Of a stretch of 64,000 nt of DNA, positions 38,689 to 48,817 are shown one piece after another. This DNA is from Hellea sp. (GTDB lineage: Bacteria > Pseudomonadota > Alphaproteobacteria > Caulobacterales > Maricaulaceae). The first letter of the stretch is position 1; each line of letters starts with the position of its first letter. The notes under the pieces are model-generated. The model had not been told where the DNA came from. It saw nothing but the letters and a program-made list of their open reading frames with translations, and did no database searches. The translations under genes and the position numbers were made by a program. The stretch spans positions 19,581-83,580 of the forward strand of contig JAHDDX010000003.1 of NCBI GenBank assembly GCA_020629135.1, in the 5' to 3' direction.

Positions 38689-39819
38689 TTATTCGGCCGG
38701 GCTTTCGACGATCGGTTTCGTCTTACGCCCCAAGGATTTAAGCGTTTGTGCAAATGATTTCTTGCGAGAGAGCATAGGCTTTTCGATCAGGCGCCAGGAT
38801 GCAAATGCAATTACCATGGTCACAGGAAGCGCGATGAGCGTGAGTTGCAAGATTGACAGCCCTGGCCAAAAGAATATCCCCGTTTGTAAAATCACCCAGT
38901 GATAAATATATATCCCGTAAGACGTATCATCCAGTTTCTTGAGTGGATCGAGTGTCGGGATTTTGACATATGCCATCCAGAACACGATATATCCTAGCCA
39001 TAGGCTAAGCATAACTTCGAAAAGGACCGTATTGTAGAACAGGGCTGTGACAAGGCCGAGCAATGGAATGCCGGCAATGTGAAATTTCAGCTTGTCGCTA
39101 TATGCATAAATGGCTGCGCCAAGACCATAACAAATACCAAAGCGCAAGATCGCTTGAATGGTTGCCGGTGCTTTTTCAAAAAGGCCCGTAACGTGGGCGA
39201 GGGGCCACAGCAAAGCAAAACCGATAAATTGCGCGAGCAACATCCATTTGCGTTTGAGTAAACCTAGGGAAAAAGCGATGGCCGTGCCGATATAGGCCAG
39301 TATTTCATATCTTAAGGTCCATAGAGCGCCGGATCCAATTTGCTCGTGGTTTGTTTCAAAGGCTCCCGGCAAGACCATATCCGTATCTGCGAAACTCAAT
39401 ACTTGAAGGGGTTGAGACCAAAAGCTCCCGCTCGTGAAGAATTCTTTTAACGGCAGATTTGTTACCATTGGCCCGATGATAAACATGACAAATAGAACAT
39501 GGGCGATCAGGGCCGGATAGATTCTGAGCAATCTTGCGGATGAATATTCGGGGATATCCTCCCGATATAACATACTTTTTGTGACCAAAAACCCGGAGGC
39601 AATAAAGAACAAGTTTACCGCTATATAGCTGGGTTTATAGTCAAAAAACAGGCTCGGCTCGGCGGCTGTATCCCCGATTTTGACCACGAAAGCATGTCCG
39701 ACAAGCACCATAAGCGCGAATAACAGGCGCATCGGCGTGAAGAAATTGTCGTGGCCTTCGCGAATTTTGACCCAAGAGAACATGGCTTTCCCCAATTCTT
39801 TCTTTGGCCCCGCTATCAC
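38689..39819 (-). CDS. Acyltransferase family 3 (OafA-like) integral membrane protein
   Basis: 376 aa with about 10 TM segments and the N-terminal pattern F.PMRLLFALMVLVGHAF. The start may be the M at 39783. Confidence 0.68.
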   Translation of the reverse strand: MIAGPKKELGKAMFSWVKIREGHDNFFTPMRLLFALMVLVGHAFVVKIGDTAAEPSLFFDYKPSYIAVNLFFIASGFLVTKSMLYREDIPEYSSARLLRIYPALIAHVLFVMFIIGPMVTNLPLKEFFTSGSFWSQPLQVLSFADTDMVLPGAFETNHEQIGSGALWTLRYEILAYIGTAIAFSLGLLKRKWMLLAQFIGFALLWPLAHVTGLFEKAPATIQAILRFGICYGLGAAIYAYSDKLKFHIAGIPLLGLVTALFYNTVLFEVMLSLWLGYIVFWMAYVKIPTLDPLKKLDDTSYGIYIYHWVILQTGIFFWPGLSILQLTLIALPVTMVIAFASWRLIEKPMLSRKKSFAQTLKSLGRKTKPIVESPAE

Positions 39820-39902
39820 AATGGGGTTAATTCAAAGCAAAAATCGCGCCGTTTATGGCGATTTAGGTTGTTTTTATTGATGAAACCGCCCATTTAGCCG
39901 CC

Positions 39903-40856
39903 ATGACCGTGTTAATCGACAAATCAAAGGACGCTCGTCCGCGTCACCCTGAAAAGGCTCATCGGCCAGATACCGAAGTGCTGCGTAAGCCCAAATGGAT
40001 ACGGGTTAAGGCGCCGACGTCTCGTGGATATGCCGAAACCCGTAAGATCGTTCACGATAAAGGATTAGTCACAGTCTGTGAGGAAGCGGCTTGTCCGAAT
40101 ATCGGCGAGTGTTGGGAAAAATCTCATGCAACCTTTATGATCTTAGGCGATACCTGCACTAGGGCGTGTTCCTTTTGCAATGTAAAAACCGGATTGCCTG
40201 AAGCTGTGGATGCTGAGGAAGCTGGAAAAATCGCGACCGCCGTGCGCGAGATGAATTTGCGTCACGTTGTTATCACTTCGGTAGATCGAGATGATTTGGC
40301 CGATGGTGGGGCACAGCACTTTGTGGATGTGATCAAGGCCATTCGTCATGAGTCACCGAAAACAACCATAGAAATCTTAACACCTGACTTTTTGCGTAAA
40401 GACGGTGCAACGGAAACCGTTATTGATGCTAAGCCAGACGTGTTTAATCACAATCTGGAAACCGTGCCGCGGCTCTATTTGAAGATCCGTCCAGGGGCGC
40501 GCTACTATCACAGCCTGCGCCTTCTTGAGAAAGTCAAAGAGCGTGATCCTAACCAGTTTACAAAATCCGGTTTGATGGTTGGTTTAGGTGAAACCAAAGA
40601 AGAAGTCATGCAGGTCATGGATGATATGCGATCGGCCGGGATAGATTTTCTGACCATCGGGCAGTATTTGCAGCCGACTCGAAAACATGCGGCGGTTGAT
40701 CGTTTTGTAACGCCAGAAGAATTCAAGGCCTATGAAACGATTGCCAAGGCTAAGGGGTTCTTACTTGTTAGTGCCACCCCGCTGACCCGTTCAAGCTATC
40801 ACGCCGATTCCGATTTCGAGAAATTACAATCTGCGCGTCGGGCCAAACATGGCTGA
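39903..40856 (+). CDS. lipA: Lipoyl synthase
   Basis: [13 protein letters not shown] auxiliary cluster and [10 protein letters not shown] radical-SAM cluster. Confidence 0.95.
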   Translation: MTVLIDKSKDARPRHPEKAHRPDTEVLRKPKWIRVKAPTSRGYAETRKIVHDKGLVTVCEEAACPNIGECWEKSHATFMILGDTCTRACSFCNVKTGLPEAVDAEEAGKIATAVREMNLRHVVITSVDRDDLADGGAQHFVDVIKAIRHESPKTTIEILTPDFLRKDGATETVIDAKPDVFNHNLETVPRLYLKIRPGARYYHSLRLLEKVKERDPNQFTKSGLMVGLGETKEEVMQVMDDMRSAGIDFLTIGQYLQPTRKHAAVDRFVTPEEFKAYETIAKAKGFLLVSATPLTRSSYHADSDFEKLQSARRAKHG

Positions 40857-41373
40857 AGCACAAATGTACCGGCGCATAATGCATGCGCCTGCAGATTTGA
40901 TAGAATTCGTTTCCGACGTCGAAAAATATCCGGACTTCATAAATTTATTGTCCGCAGTTCGGGTTTCAAATCGTAAGAAGGTGTCGGAACATATCGAAAC
41001 ATTTGAAGCTGAAGCCAATGTATCGTTCAAATTTGTTAGCGAGCGGTTTAGATCAAAAGTCGAAGTCGACCGGGCCAGACATTTGATCAATGTGTCTAAG
41101 GCGGATCGTTCAGGGGCTGTTCGGTCGCTCAAAAATAATTGGGTGTTTCATCCCTTGTCTGACGGTTCAACCCTGGTGGACTTTTATGTATCGGTGAAGC
41201 TTAAGGCTTTTCCGCTTGAGATTTTACTCCGAGAAAAGTTTGATAAAGCCGGGCAGCACATCATGAACCTGTTCGAGGTCAAAGCGGGGCAGCAGCTTGA
41301 TACCGTCGGCGATGCAAATTTGGATTTAGAAGCGGAGCTTTCGCGGCTCGGATTAAATCAGGTAAAAGTTTAA
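40849..41373 (+). CDS. SRPBCC-fold protein of the RatA/COQ10 (polyketide cyclase-like) family
   Basis: 174 aa. Conserved position after lipA in alphaproteobacteria, with an 8-nt overlap with lipA. Confidence 0.65.
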   Translation: MAEAQMYRRIMHAPADLIEFVSDVEKYPDFINLLSAVRVSNRKKVSEHIETFEAEANVSFKFVSERFRSKVEVDRARHLINVSKADRSGAVRSLKNNWVFHPLSDGSTLVDFYVSVKLKAFPLEILLREKFDKAGQHIMNLFEVKAGQQLDTVGDANLDLEAELSRLGLNQVKV

Positions 41374-41850
41374 AATCTTCAGGGCTTCATTGGCCGACTT
41401 TTCGCGGATAGCAACGCGCCCTAACGGACCAAATTCAAATTCCTTGACGATCGTATCTCCGTCAGGCTTGGCAAAGCCGATATATACAAGGCCAACAGGC
41501 TTTTGAGGTGAACCACCGGTTGGGCCCGCTATACCGGTCACGGAAATGGCCAGGTCAGTTTGTAGAATTTGTCGGGTGTTTACAGCCATGGACTTAGCCA
41601 CAGCAGAGCTTACGGCGCCGCGTTCAAAAATGAGCGTCCGATCGACGTTCAAAACGCCGGTCTTTATTGTGTTGGAATAGGCGATGATCCCGCCATAAAA
41701 GACCTGAGAAGATCCTGGTACGTCAGTAAAGTATTTTCCGATTAGTCCGCCCGTACAGCTTTCAGCTGTCCCAATGCTCAGCTGTTTTGCTTTGGCCAAC
41801 TCCAGGACTTTGGCCGAGAGTTGGGCATTTGAGCTTTGCAGATCAAACAT
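41353..41850 (-). CDS. CinA-family protein (PncC-type nicotinamide-nucleotide amidohydrolase domain)
   Basis: 165 aa. TAESCTGGL and SVTGIAGPTGG motifs. Confidence 0.85.
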   Translation of the reverse strand: MFDLQSSNAQLSAKVLELAKAKQLSIGTAESCTGGLIGKYFTDVPGSSQVFYGGIIAYSNTIKTGVLNVDRTLIFERGAVSSAVAKSMAVNTRQILQTDLAISVTGIAGPTGGSPQKPVGLVYIGFAKPDGDTIVKEFEFGPLGRVAIREKSANEALKILNFYLI

Positions 41851-42997
41851 CCGGTAAAACTATGCTTGCAATCGCGTGGGCAGAAATGCCTTCACCACGC
41901 CCCGTATAGCCAAGCTTTTCGGTTGTCGTCGCTTTCACGCTGACCCGATTAATTGATATGCCTAAAATTTCAGCGATACGTTGTCTCATTGATTCTCGGT
42001 ATGGTTTAACCTTAGGTTTTTCACAAATCAAGGTTAAGTCAATATGGGCCAGTTTGCCATTGCGATCAATAACCCGGTCCCTGGCAAAGGATAGAAACTG
42101 ATCGGACCGGGCGCCTTTCCATTTCGGATCCGTTGGCGGGAAGTGATCGCCAATATCGCCTTCGGCCAGGGCACCCAAAATAGCGTCTGTAATCGCATGC
42201 AATCCTACGTCAGCATCGCTATGACCTTTTAGAGAAAAGCCTGCAGGGATTTCAATGCCAGCGAGCCATAAACTCTTGCCGGGCTCGATCCTGTGAACAT
42301 CGAAACCATGCCCTGTGGCCGTGTAGAATGAAGATGTCATAAGCCTTTCCGCTTTTAAAAGGTCGTCTTTGTGGGTAATTTTAAAATTGTTTTCATTGCC
42401 CATCACGGTATGAATGCTCAATCCGGCATGTTCCGCGAGTGCAATGTCATCCGCAAAATGCTCTTGGTCGGACAGGTTTTGATAAAGCGGCCAAAAATCA
42501 CTAAAGCGAAACCCTTGCGGAGTCTGAACCCTGAGCATGGATTGACGATCCAGATCCGCCCCGACTTGTCCATCGCTAAAGGATTTTACGGCATCAATCA
42601 TAGGGAGGATCGGTACAACCGCCTGGGAGTCTGAAAGGGTGTTTATAACGGCGCTCATCAAATCAGTTGAGACAAAAGGGCGGGCCGCGTCGTGGATCAA
42701 TACCAGGTCCGGTGGATTTGAGGCCAAGGCCTCCAGCCCGGCCTTTACCGACGCGGTTCTAGTCTTGCCGCCTGTGACGATTACCGGTGCCGGAGAAAAT
42801 GACGCCACTATGTCTGTGATAAAGGTATCACCGTCGGCAACAACGACCACAATTTGATCAAAAAGATTGCTCTCATAGACCTTTGATAAAGTATGTTCGA
42901 TGACTGTTTTTGATCCAAGACGATGATATTGCTTGGGTAAACTGCCACCAAAACGTGCGCTTTTGCCTGCGGCGACCAAAATTTGTGCAATTTTCAT
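41843..42997 (-). CDS. ispDF: Bifunctional 2-C-methyl-D-erythritol 4-phosphate cytidylyltransferase / 2-C-methyl-D-erythritol 2,4-cyclodiphosphate synthase
   Basis: N-terminal IspD (VAAGKSARFGG) fused to C-terminal IspF (GHSDADVGLHAITDAILGA). Confidence 0.93.
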   Translation of the reverse strand: MKIAQILVAAGKSARFGGSLPKQYHRLGSKTVIEHTLSKVYESNLFDQIVVVVADGDTFITDIVASFSPAPVIVTGGKTRTASVKAGLEALASNPPDLVLIHDAARPFVSTDLMSAVINTLSDSQAVVPILPMIDAVKSFSDGQVGADLDRQSMLRVQTPQGFRFSDFWPLYQNLSDQEHFADDIALAEHAGLSIHTVMGNENNFKITHKDDLLKAERLMTSSFYTATGHGFDVHRIEPGKSLWLAGIEIPAGFSLKGHSDADVGLHAITDAILGALAEGDIGDHFPPTDPKWKGARSDQFLSFARDRVIDRNGKLAHIDLTLICEKPKVKPYRESMRQRIAEILGISINRVSVKATTTEKLGYTGRGEGISAHAIASIVLPDV

Positions 42998-43062
42998 AAA
43001 AATTACCCGGTTTGGGGTGATGAAATATTGTGCAAATGTTTATTTGCGCCTAAAGGCCCATC

Positions 43063-44073
43063 ATGGCAACGGATATCCATATCGGCAAGTATAGATTGAC
43101 ATCGCGCGTTTTAGCCGCGCCCATGTCTGGGGTGACAGACCTGCCTTTTCGCAAAGTTCTGCAAAAATTTGAACCAGGCCTGGTTGTGTCTGAAATGGTT
43201 GCGAGTGAGACCCTTTTAAAAGGTGATCCTGATACAGCTGCGAGAGCGGCCGGAAAGGGTGAAGTCGATCCGCTTGTTATTCAACTTGTCGGGCGTGAGG
43301 CGTCCTGGATGGCCCGTGGTGCGGCACTGGCCGAGAATGCTGGCGCCGATATTATTGATATTAATATGGGATGTCCGGCCCGAAAAGTGACCAGCGGCTT
43401 ATCTGGCTCTGCGCTGATGCGCGATCTGAACCATGCCATGGATATTATTGAGGCCATTATTGAGGCGACCAGTAAGCCTGTGACTTTGAAGATGCGTTTG
43501 GGGTGGGATGATAAAACACTCAATGCGCCAGAACTCGCCTTTCGGGCTGAACAAGCTGGTATCAAATTGGTTACGGTTCACGGACGAACAAGGTGCCAAT
43601 TTTATAAAGGAGAGGCGGATTGGGCCGCCGTAAAGGCGGTCAAAGATGCCGTGGACATACCCGTATTTGTCAATGGGGATATTGACTCACCTTCAACGGC
43701 TGAATTGGCTATGGGACAATCTCGTTGCGATGGCGTCATGCTAGGGCGAAGCCTTATTGGTCGGCCTTGGCTTATTTCGGAAGTTCGGGCGACAATTGAT
43801 CAAGCGGAGCCAGAGTTTATTCCACTCTCGCCTCTCCAGAAGTCAGATATTGCTATTGCTCACTATCAGGACATTTTAGCCTTTTACGGAGAAGGTAAGG
43901 GCGTGCGTGTCGCGCGAAAACATCTTGCGGGCTATGTCGAAGAGGCTCTGACTGACAAAGATGTTTCTGAAAGAGATCGGCATAAATCTCTTATTTGTCG
44001 GTCGTTTGATCCAAGCGAGGTCATTGAGCTTTTACGCTTAGCGTATGAAGTAGGCCAAGAAGTTGCGGCATGA
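43063..44073 (+). CDS. dusB: tRNA-dihydrouridine synthase B (NifR3 family)
   Basis: 336 aa. LAPMSGVTDLPFR and DINMGCPARKV motifs. Conserved position upstream of ntrBC. Confidence 0.9.
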   Translation: MATDIHIGKYRLTSRVLAAPMSGVTDLPFRKVLQKFEPGLVVSEMVASETLLKGDPDTAARAAGKGEVDPLVIQLVGREASWMARGAALAENAGADIIDINMGCPARKVTSGLSGSALMRDLNHAMDIIEAIIEATSKPVTLKMRLGWDDKTLNAPELAFRAEQAGIKLVTVHGRTRCQFYKGEADWAAVKAVKDAVDIPVFVNGDIDSPSTAELAMGQSRCDGVMLGRSLIGRPWLISEVRATIDQAEPEFIPLSPLQKSDIAIAHYQDILAFYGEGKGVRVARKHLAGYVEEALTDKDVSERDRHKSLICRSFDPSEVIELLRLAYEVGQEVAA

Positions 44074-45146
44074 TTTCGTCGGCCCAATCCATTTTAGAAG
44101 ATATGCCGATCGCAGTATTGGAGGCTTGTCCTGATAGCTTAGAAATCCAATGGGCCAATGTGGCGGCGCAAGGATATCTTGGGCAGTCGTTGAACGCTTT
44201 GCGAGGCAAATTGCTGGCCGATCTGTTTGACGATGGAGAAAGTTTGTTTGATGTCAGCGCAAAAGTTCGCGAAAGCTTATCGTCGATCAAGATCCACGGG
44301 TTGACCGTAACTCATAGGCTTGGCGGCACTGAAGATTGTGATGTTCAAATGTTTCCATCCCAGAATGCGATCGGTGTTTGCCTGATGACGTCTGAAAAGC
44401 CTCGTTCAGTGGGGGATTCAGGCGGCGAAGCCATGGCGGCAATGGGGCGTATGCTGGCCCATGAAATTAAAAATCCACTGGCCGGGATAAATGGTGCCGC
44501 GCAACTGCTGGGACTGGATATAGACAGCGAGGACGGAAAAGATCTCATCCGTCTTATTCAATCTGAAATAGGGCGTATAGGGCGACTGACTGATCGGATG
44601 GAAAGGCTGGGTGATGTAGATACCGGCGAATTAACACCGGTCAATATCCATGCTGTGCTTCAACAGGCGCGGGCGGTTTTAGTCAATTCCCTAAAGTCTG
44701 ACATTAAAATCACGGAACATTACGACCCATCTGTTCCGGCTGCGAGCGGTCATGTTGACGGACTGATTCAAGCCGTCATCAACCTGATAAAAAACGGAAT
44801 AGAATCTATTGAAAATTCGGGGCATGGAAATGAAATTAGACTGGAAACTTCCTTTCGTAGGGGGATACGGCAAAAATTAGACGATGACGATGGTTATCGG
44901 GACTTACCCATTGTTATCAAAGTCTCTGACAATGGGCCGGGTATTTCACCCGATGTTAGAGATAAATTGTTTCAACCCTTCGTTTCCAGCAAGCCCATGG
45001 GGCAGGGGTTAGGTCTGTCACTCGTGTCTAAAGTGGTGTCAGCCCATCACGGTCAAATCTCGGTCCATCATGAAAATGGCTGGACCAGCTTCTCAATATA
45101 TCTGCCTCTATCTCAGGCTAATCCTTCGCCGGAGTCGAAACGATGA
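44070..45146 (+). CDS. ntrB: Nitrogen regulation sensor histidine kinase NtrB
   Basis: PAS-like N-terminus, H-box LAHEIKNPLAGI, and N/G boxes in the C-terminal ATPase domain. Overlaps both dusB and ntrC. Confidence 0.85.
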   Translation: MISSAQSILEDMPIAVLEACPDSLEIQWANVAAQGYLGQSLNALRGKLLADLFDDGESLFDVSAKVRESLSSIKIHGLTVTHRLGGTEDCDVQMFPSQNAIGVCLMTSEKPRSVGDSGGEAMAAMGRMLAHEIKNPLAGINGAAQLLGLDIDSEDGKDLIRLIQSEIGRIGRLTDRMERLGDVDTGELTPVNIHAVLQQARAVLVNSLKSDIKITEHYDPSVPAASGHVDGLIQAVINLIKNGIESIENSGHGNEIRLETSFRRGIRQKLDDDDGYRDLPIVIKVSDNGPGISPDVRDKLFQPFVSSKPMGQGLGLSLVSKVVSAHHGQISVHHENGWTSFSIYLPLSQANPSPESKR

Positions 45147-46462
45147 AATATGAAATTTTACTCGCAGATGATGACGATAGCATTCGCCTTGTTCTCAGTA
45201 AAACCCTGACGAGGGCCGGGCACACGGTCAAGGCGACGGATAATGCACAAACGCTTGCAAAATGGGCCAGTTCCGGGATCGGAGATATCATCCTTACGGA
45301 CGTAATGATGGGCGGGAGTGAAGTTTTTGAGACGCTGCCCGAAATCGTACAAGACCGTCCGGATATTCCGATCATCATCATTAGCGCCAATAACACCGTC
45401 AATACGGCACTTAAATCCGGGCAACACAAAGTGTTTGAATATGTGCCTAAGCCTTTTGATCTGGAAGAGGTTACACAAGCCGTTGCCCGCGCCGGTAAAA
45501 GCGTAAATCCAAGCAAGAAAAAGGTTAAACCCTCAAATTTGAAACTACCAATGATAGGGCGAAGTTCGGCAATGCAGCCGGTATATCGGGCAGTTTCCAG
45601 GTTTGCCTCAGGAGACCTACCCGTTCTCATCCAAGGCGAAGTCGGGACCGGTAAAGATCTTGTCGCGCGTTTGTTACATGATGGAGGTCACCGATCGAAC
45701 CGGCCTTTTTTAAGGACGAATGAATTCAGCAATACCTCCCTGACCTTGCAAAAAGTCAATGGGGGCGATCTCTATATAGATGAAATAGCCCATCTAAACT
45801 TTGATCAACAGGAAGCCTTATTATCGTTTTTAACGGAGTCGGAATATATTCCAGCATTTGATCGGCCACGGGTCATATCTTCGACTCGCAAGAATTTGCG
45901 AGCTCTAGTGGATGATGGGGTTTTTCGTGACGACCTTCTGTTCCGCATCAATGTTGCTGAAATCAGGGTGCCGGCACTTAGCGATCGCGACCAAGATGTA
46001 TTGGAACTCGCGGAAAGTTTCCTGGCGCTGCAATCCGGATCAGGAGCGTCCAGGCGTTTTTCCTCCGAAGCGTTGGATGTCTTGGCGCGGCACAATTGGC
46101 CGGGGAATGTGCGTGAATTAGAGAATATGGTTCGACGTCTTTCGCTTCTTTATTCGGATGATGTCATTACGGCGGATATGGTTCTTGAAGAATTTAATAA
46201 AGAGCTGGGCGGGAAATTAGGAGATCGGCAAGTTGGTAAGTTTGAAGACTTGCTTGAACTGGCTTGTGCCAGATTGTTTAATCTGAGCTCAAACGAACTT
46301 GATTGTGAAACTCCTTATCAGGAGGCCATTAGCTGGATTGAAAAACCGCTTTTACTCGAAGCCTTAAAGAGGACAGGTGGAAATCGTGTGAAGGCAGCTG
46401 AATTGCTGGGCATTCACAGAAATACTTTGCGAACCCGTATTAAGTCTTTGAAAATAAGCTGA
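45143..46462 (+). CDS. ntrC: NtrC-family response regulator (receiver + AAA+ + Fis-type HTH) lacking the GAFTGA loop region
   Basis: Receiver domain (DDDD..., LTDVMM, KPF), Walker A GEVGTGKD, Walker B LYIDEI and WPGNVRELEN, with a C-terminal HTH (AAELLGIHRNTLRTRIK). The segment [13 protein letters not shown] is absent. Confidence 0.85.
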   Translation: MKYEILLADDDDSIRLVLSKTLTRAGHTVKATDNAQTLAKWASSGIGDIILTDVMMGGSEVFETLPEIVQDRPDIPIIIISANNTVNTALKSGQHKVFEYVPKPFDLEEVTQAVARAGKSVNPSKKKVKPSNLKLPMIGRSSAMQPVYRAVSRFASGDLPVLIQGEVGTGKDLVARLLHDGGHRSNRPFLRTNEFSNTSLTLQKVNGGDLYIDEIAHLNFDQQEALLSFLTESEYIPAFDRPRVISSTRKNLRALVDDGVFRDDLLFRINVAEIRVPALSDRDQDVLELAESFLALQSGSGASRRFSSEALDVLARHNWPGNVRELENMVRRLSLLYSDDVITADMVLEEFNKELGGKLGDRQVGKFEDLLELACARLFNLSSNELDCETPYQEAISWIEKPLLLEALKRTGGNRVKAAELLGIHRNTLRTRIKSLKIS

Positions 46463-46549
46463 AATTTCGAATGATTTAAGGCGTTGATAAAATGCAACAC
46501 TGATGTAAAATGGTAACAGTTTTTAACAAAGTTGCTTTAATATATTCGG

Positions 46550-48814
46550 ATGGTCAATTCCAGTCCAAATTCATCAGGACGCAATTCGTCAGCTAATAAC
46601 ACTTATGCTGCGCCGCGCATCATACGATCTACGCTGTTCGGGATTTTGTTTGTAACAGCGGCATTCCTGACAGTTTTTGCGAGTTTGCAATCTTTATCAG
46701 AAGATCCGGCCCGCTCAGCGCAAGCCTATCCGGTATTATTATTTAATCTGGTGTTGATTCTACTGCTCGGTATTTATTTGATCACACGCGTATGGAATTT
46801 GTTATTCGCCAAGAAATTCAGGCGATCCGCGCCATTATTACATCGACGTTTTGTTCTTATTTTTAGTTTGGCTGCCTTGCTGCCTGCGATCTTAGTTGGT
46901 GGCTTTTCTTCCTCATTGATTTCTAAAAATATCAACGATCTGTTCGGTAAAGATGTCCGATCTACCTTAAATGATGCCAATGAATTTTTGGGGAATTATC
47001 TAACCCAGGAATTGGGTGAGCTTTTGCCTCAAGTCGTTGCGACGCAGAGTTTTCTTGAAAACAACAGGTCGCTTTTTGAAAACAGAATAACCTATACGGC
47101 CTATCTTCAAAGATTTTCACGCAGTTTAGATGTCGATGCTATTTATGTCCTAAACCGCGAAGGGCAAATATATTCACGGGTTGTCGGGCCCCGATCACCT
47201 GAACTTAAAATCCCGGATCCATTCGTTTTCGACTATCTTGAAAATGAAGGTAAACCTGGTGTTCAAACCCGCGATGATATCGATTATCTGGTCGGATTTT
47301 CCAAGTTGAAAGGCTATGACAACACCTTTTTGATTGTTGGTCAATATTTGAAATCCAATGTCGGAATATTATCGAGTATGTCGGATATTGAAGACTCGAG
47401 CTTGGCGCTTGATCGGTATGACGAAAATCAAGATGTGTTTCGAAAAATATTTTTCCTGATTTTCTTCGAGACCGCGCTTCTGGTTTTATTTGCCGCAATT
47501 TGGTTGGGCTTGTTGCTCGCTAATCGGGTTATTCAACCCTTAGGAACTTTGGTGGATGCGGCTGAAAAAGTGCGTCAGGGTGATTTGAGTGCCCGGGTCG
47601 CCGTGCGCGGTGAATGGGGGGAAATTTCTGATCTGGGTAGTGCGTTTAACCGAATGACCCGGCAATTGAACACACAAAGAGACGATCTTGTGCGTGAGCA
47701 CGGCATTTCAGAACGTCGCCGCCAGTTTTCAGAGGCGGTACTTTCGGGGGTTCGCGCGGGTGTTATCGGTTTGTCGGAAGACGGACGTATTACGTTGATG
47801 AATTCGTCGGCGGAATTAATGTTGAATGTTACAATGCTGGATCTTCTTGATCGGCCAATCGCCACCGTATTCCCGGAATTCGCGCACGCATTTAACTCAG
47901 CACGTGAAAATGTATTTGGTCGTTTTGAAGATCAAATTGAGCTTGATACGGATGATGGCGTACGGGTTTTTGATCTTAGAGTTTCGGGATATGAAGACGG
48001 CGAGGCCCAAACAGGATGGGTGATAACCTTTGACGACATGACTCGTTTGGTTGCGGCGCAACGTCAATCCGCCTGGCGCGAAGTTGCGAGACGAATTGCG
48101 CATGAAATTAAAAACCCGCTGACACCGATTCTGTTGTCAACTGAACGGCTTCGCCGGAAATATCGCAAAGAAATTTCCTCAGATCCGGAGACGTTTGACA
48201 ATTGTACCGAAACAATTATCCGTCAGGTCGGCAGTTTGGAAGATATGGTCAACGAGTTTTCGACTTTCGCCAGAATGCCTAAGCCGGAATTTAAAATGCG
48301 CCAGATTGGACCAATCCTTGATGACGTCTTGTTCGCTCAAGGCGTGGCATTCCCAGATATTAGATTTGAATTGCATCAGAATTCAAATGCCCCAATCTCG
48401 TTTAAATGCGATGAACGCCTGTTGTCGCAAGCTTTCACCAATATTTATAAAAACGCGGCGGAAGCAGTAACGGCTCGCGTTGATCAGTCCGGTCTCGATG
48501 AGCCGGATGGCGTTGTTGTGACAAATGTCTCAATTCAAAATGACAATATTGAAATTTGCATAGATGATAATGGCAAAGGATGGCCATTTCCAGATGTCGA
48601 GCGGGTTTTAGAACCTTACGTAACCACCCGCGATAGCGGCACAGGATTGGGTCTGGCGATCGTCAAGCGTATTATAGAAGATCACAGCGGTTCCATAATT
48701 TTATCAGCCAGGCCCGATGACCTTCCGGGTGCTCGAATCCGAGTGTTATTCCCATTGCCGGAACAGATAACGAATTTATCTGTCCAGGACGATTTCTTAG
48801 AAGAAAGACTATGA
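46550..48814 (+). CDS. ntrY: Sensor histidine kinase NtrY
   Basis: 754 aa. N-terminal TM segments, HAMP, PAS, H-box AHEIKNPLTPI and an HATPase domain. Confidence 0.87.
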   Translation: MVNSSPNSSGRNSSANNTYAAPRIIRSTLFGILFVTAAFLTVFASLQSLSEDPARSAQAYPVLLFNLVLILLLGIYLITRVWNLLFAKKFRRSAPLLHRRFVLIFSLAALLPAILVGGFSSSLISKNINDLFGKDVRSTLNDANEFLGNYLTQELGELLPQVVATQSFLENNRSLFENRITYTAYLQRFSRSLDVDAIYVLNREGQIYSRVVGPRSPELKIPDPFVFDYLENEGKPGVQTRDDIDYLVGFSKLKGYDNTFLIVGQYLKSNVGILSSMSDIEDSSLALDRYDENQDVFRKIFFLIFFETALLVLFAAIWLGLLLANRVIQPLGTLVDAAEKVRQGDLSARVAVRGEWGEISDLGSAFNRMTRQLNTQRDDLVREHGISERRRQFSEAVLSGVRAGVIGLSEDGRITLMNSSAELMLNVTMLDLLDRPIATVFPEFAHAFNSARENVFGRFEDQIELDTDDGVRVFDLRVSGYEDGEAQTGWVITFDDMTRLVAAQRQSAWREVARRIAHEIKNPLTPILLSTERLRRKYRKEISSDPETFDNCTETIIRQVGSLEDMVNEFSTFARMPKPEFKMRQIGPILDDVLFAQGVAFPDIRFELHQNSNAPISFKCDERLLSQAFTNIYKNAAEAVTARVDQSGLDEPDGVVVTNVSIQNDNIEICIDDNGKGWPFPDVERVLEPYVTTRDSGTGLGLAIVKRIIEDHSGSIILSARPDDLPGARIRVLFPLPEQITNLSVQDDFLEERL

Positions 48815-48817
48815 CGC

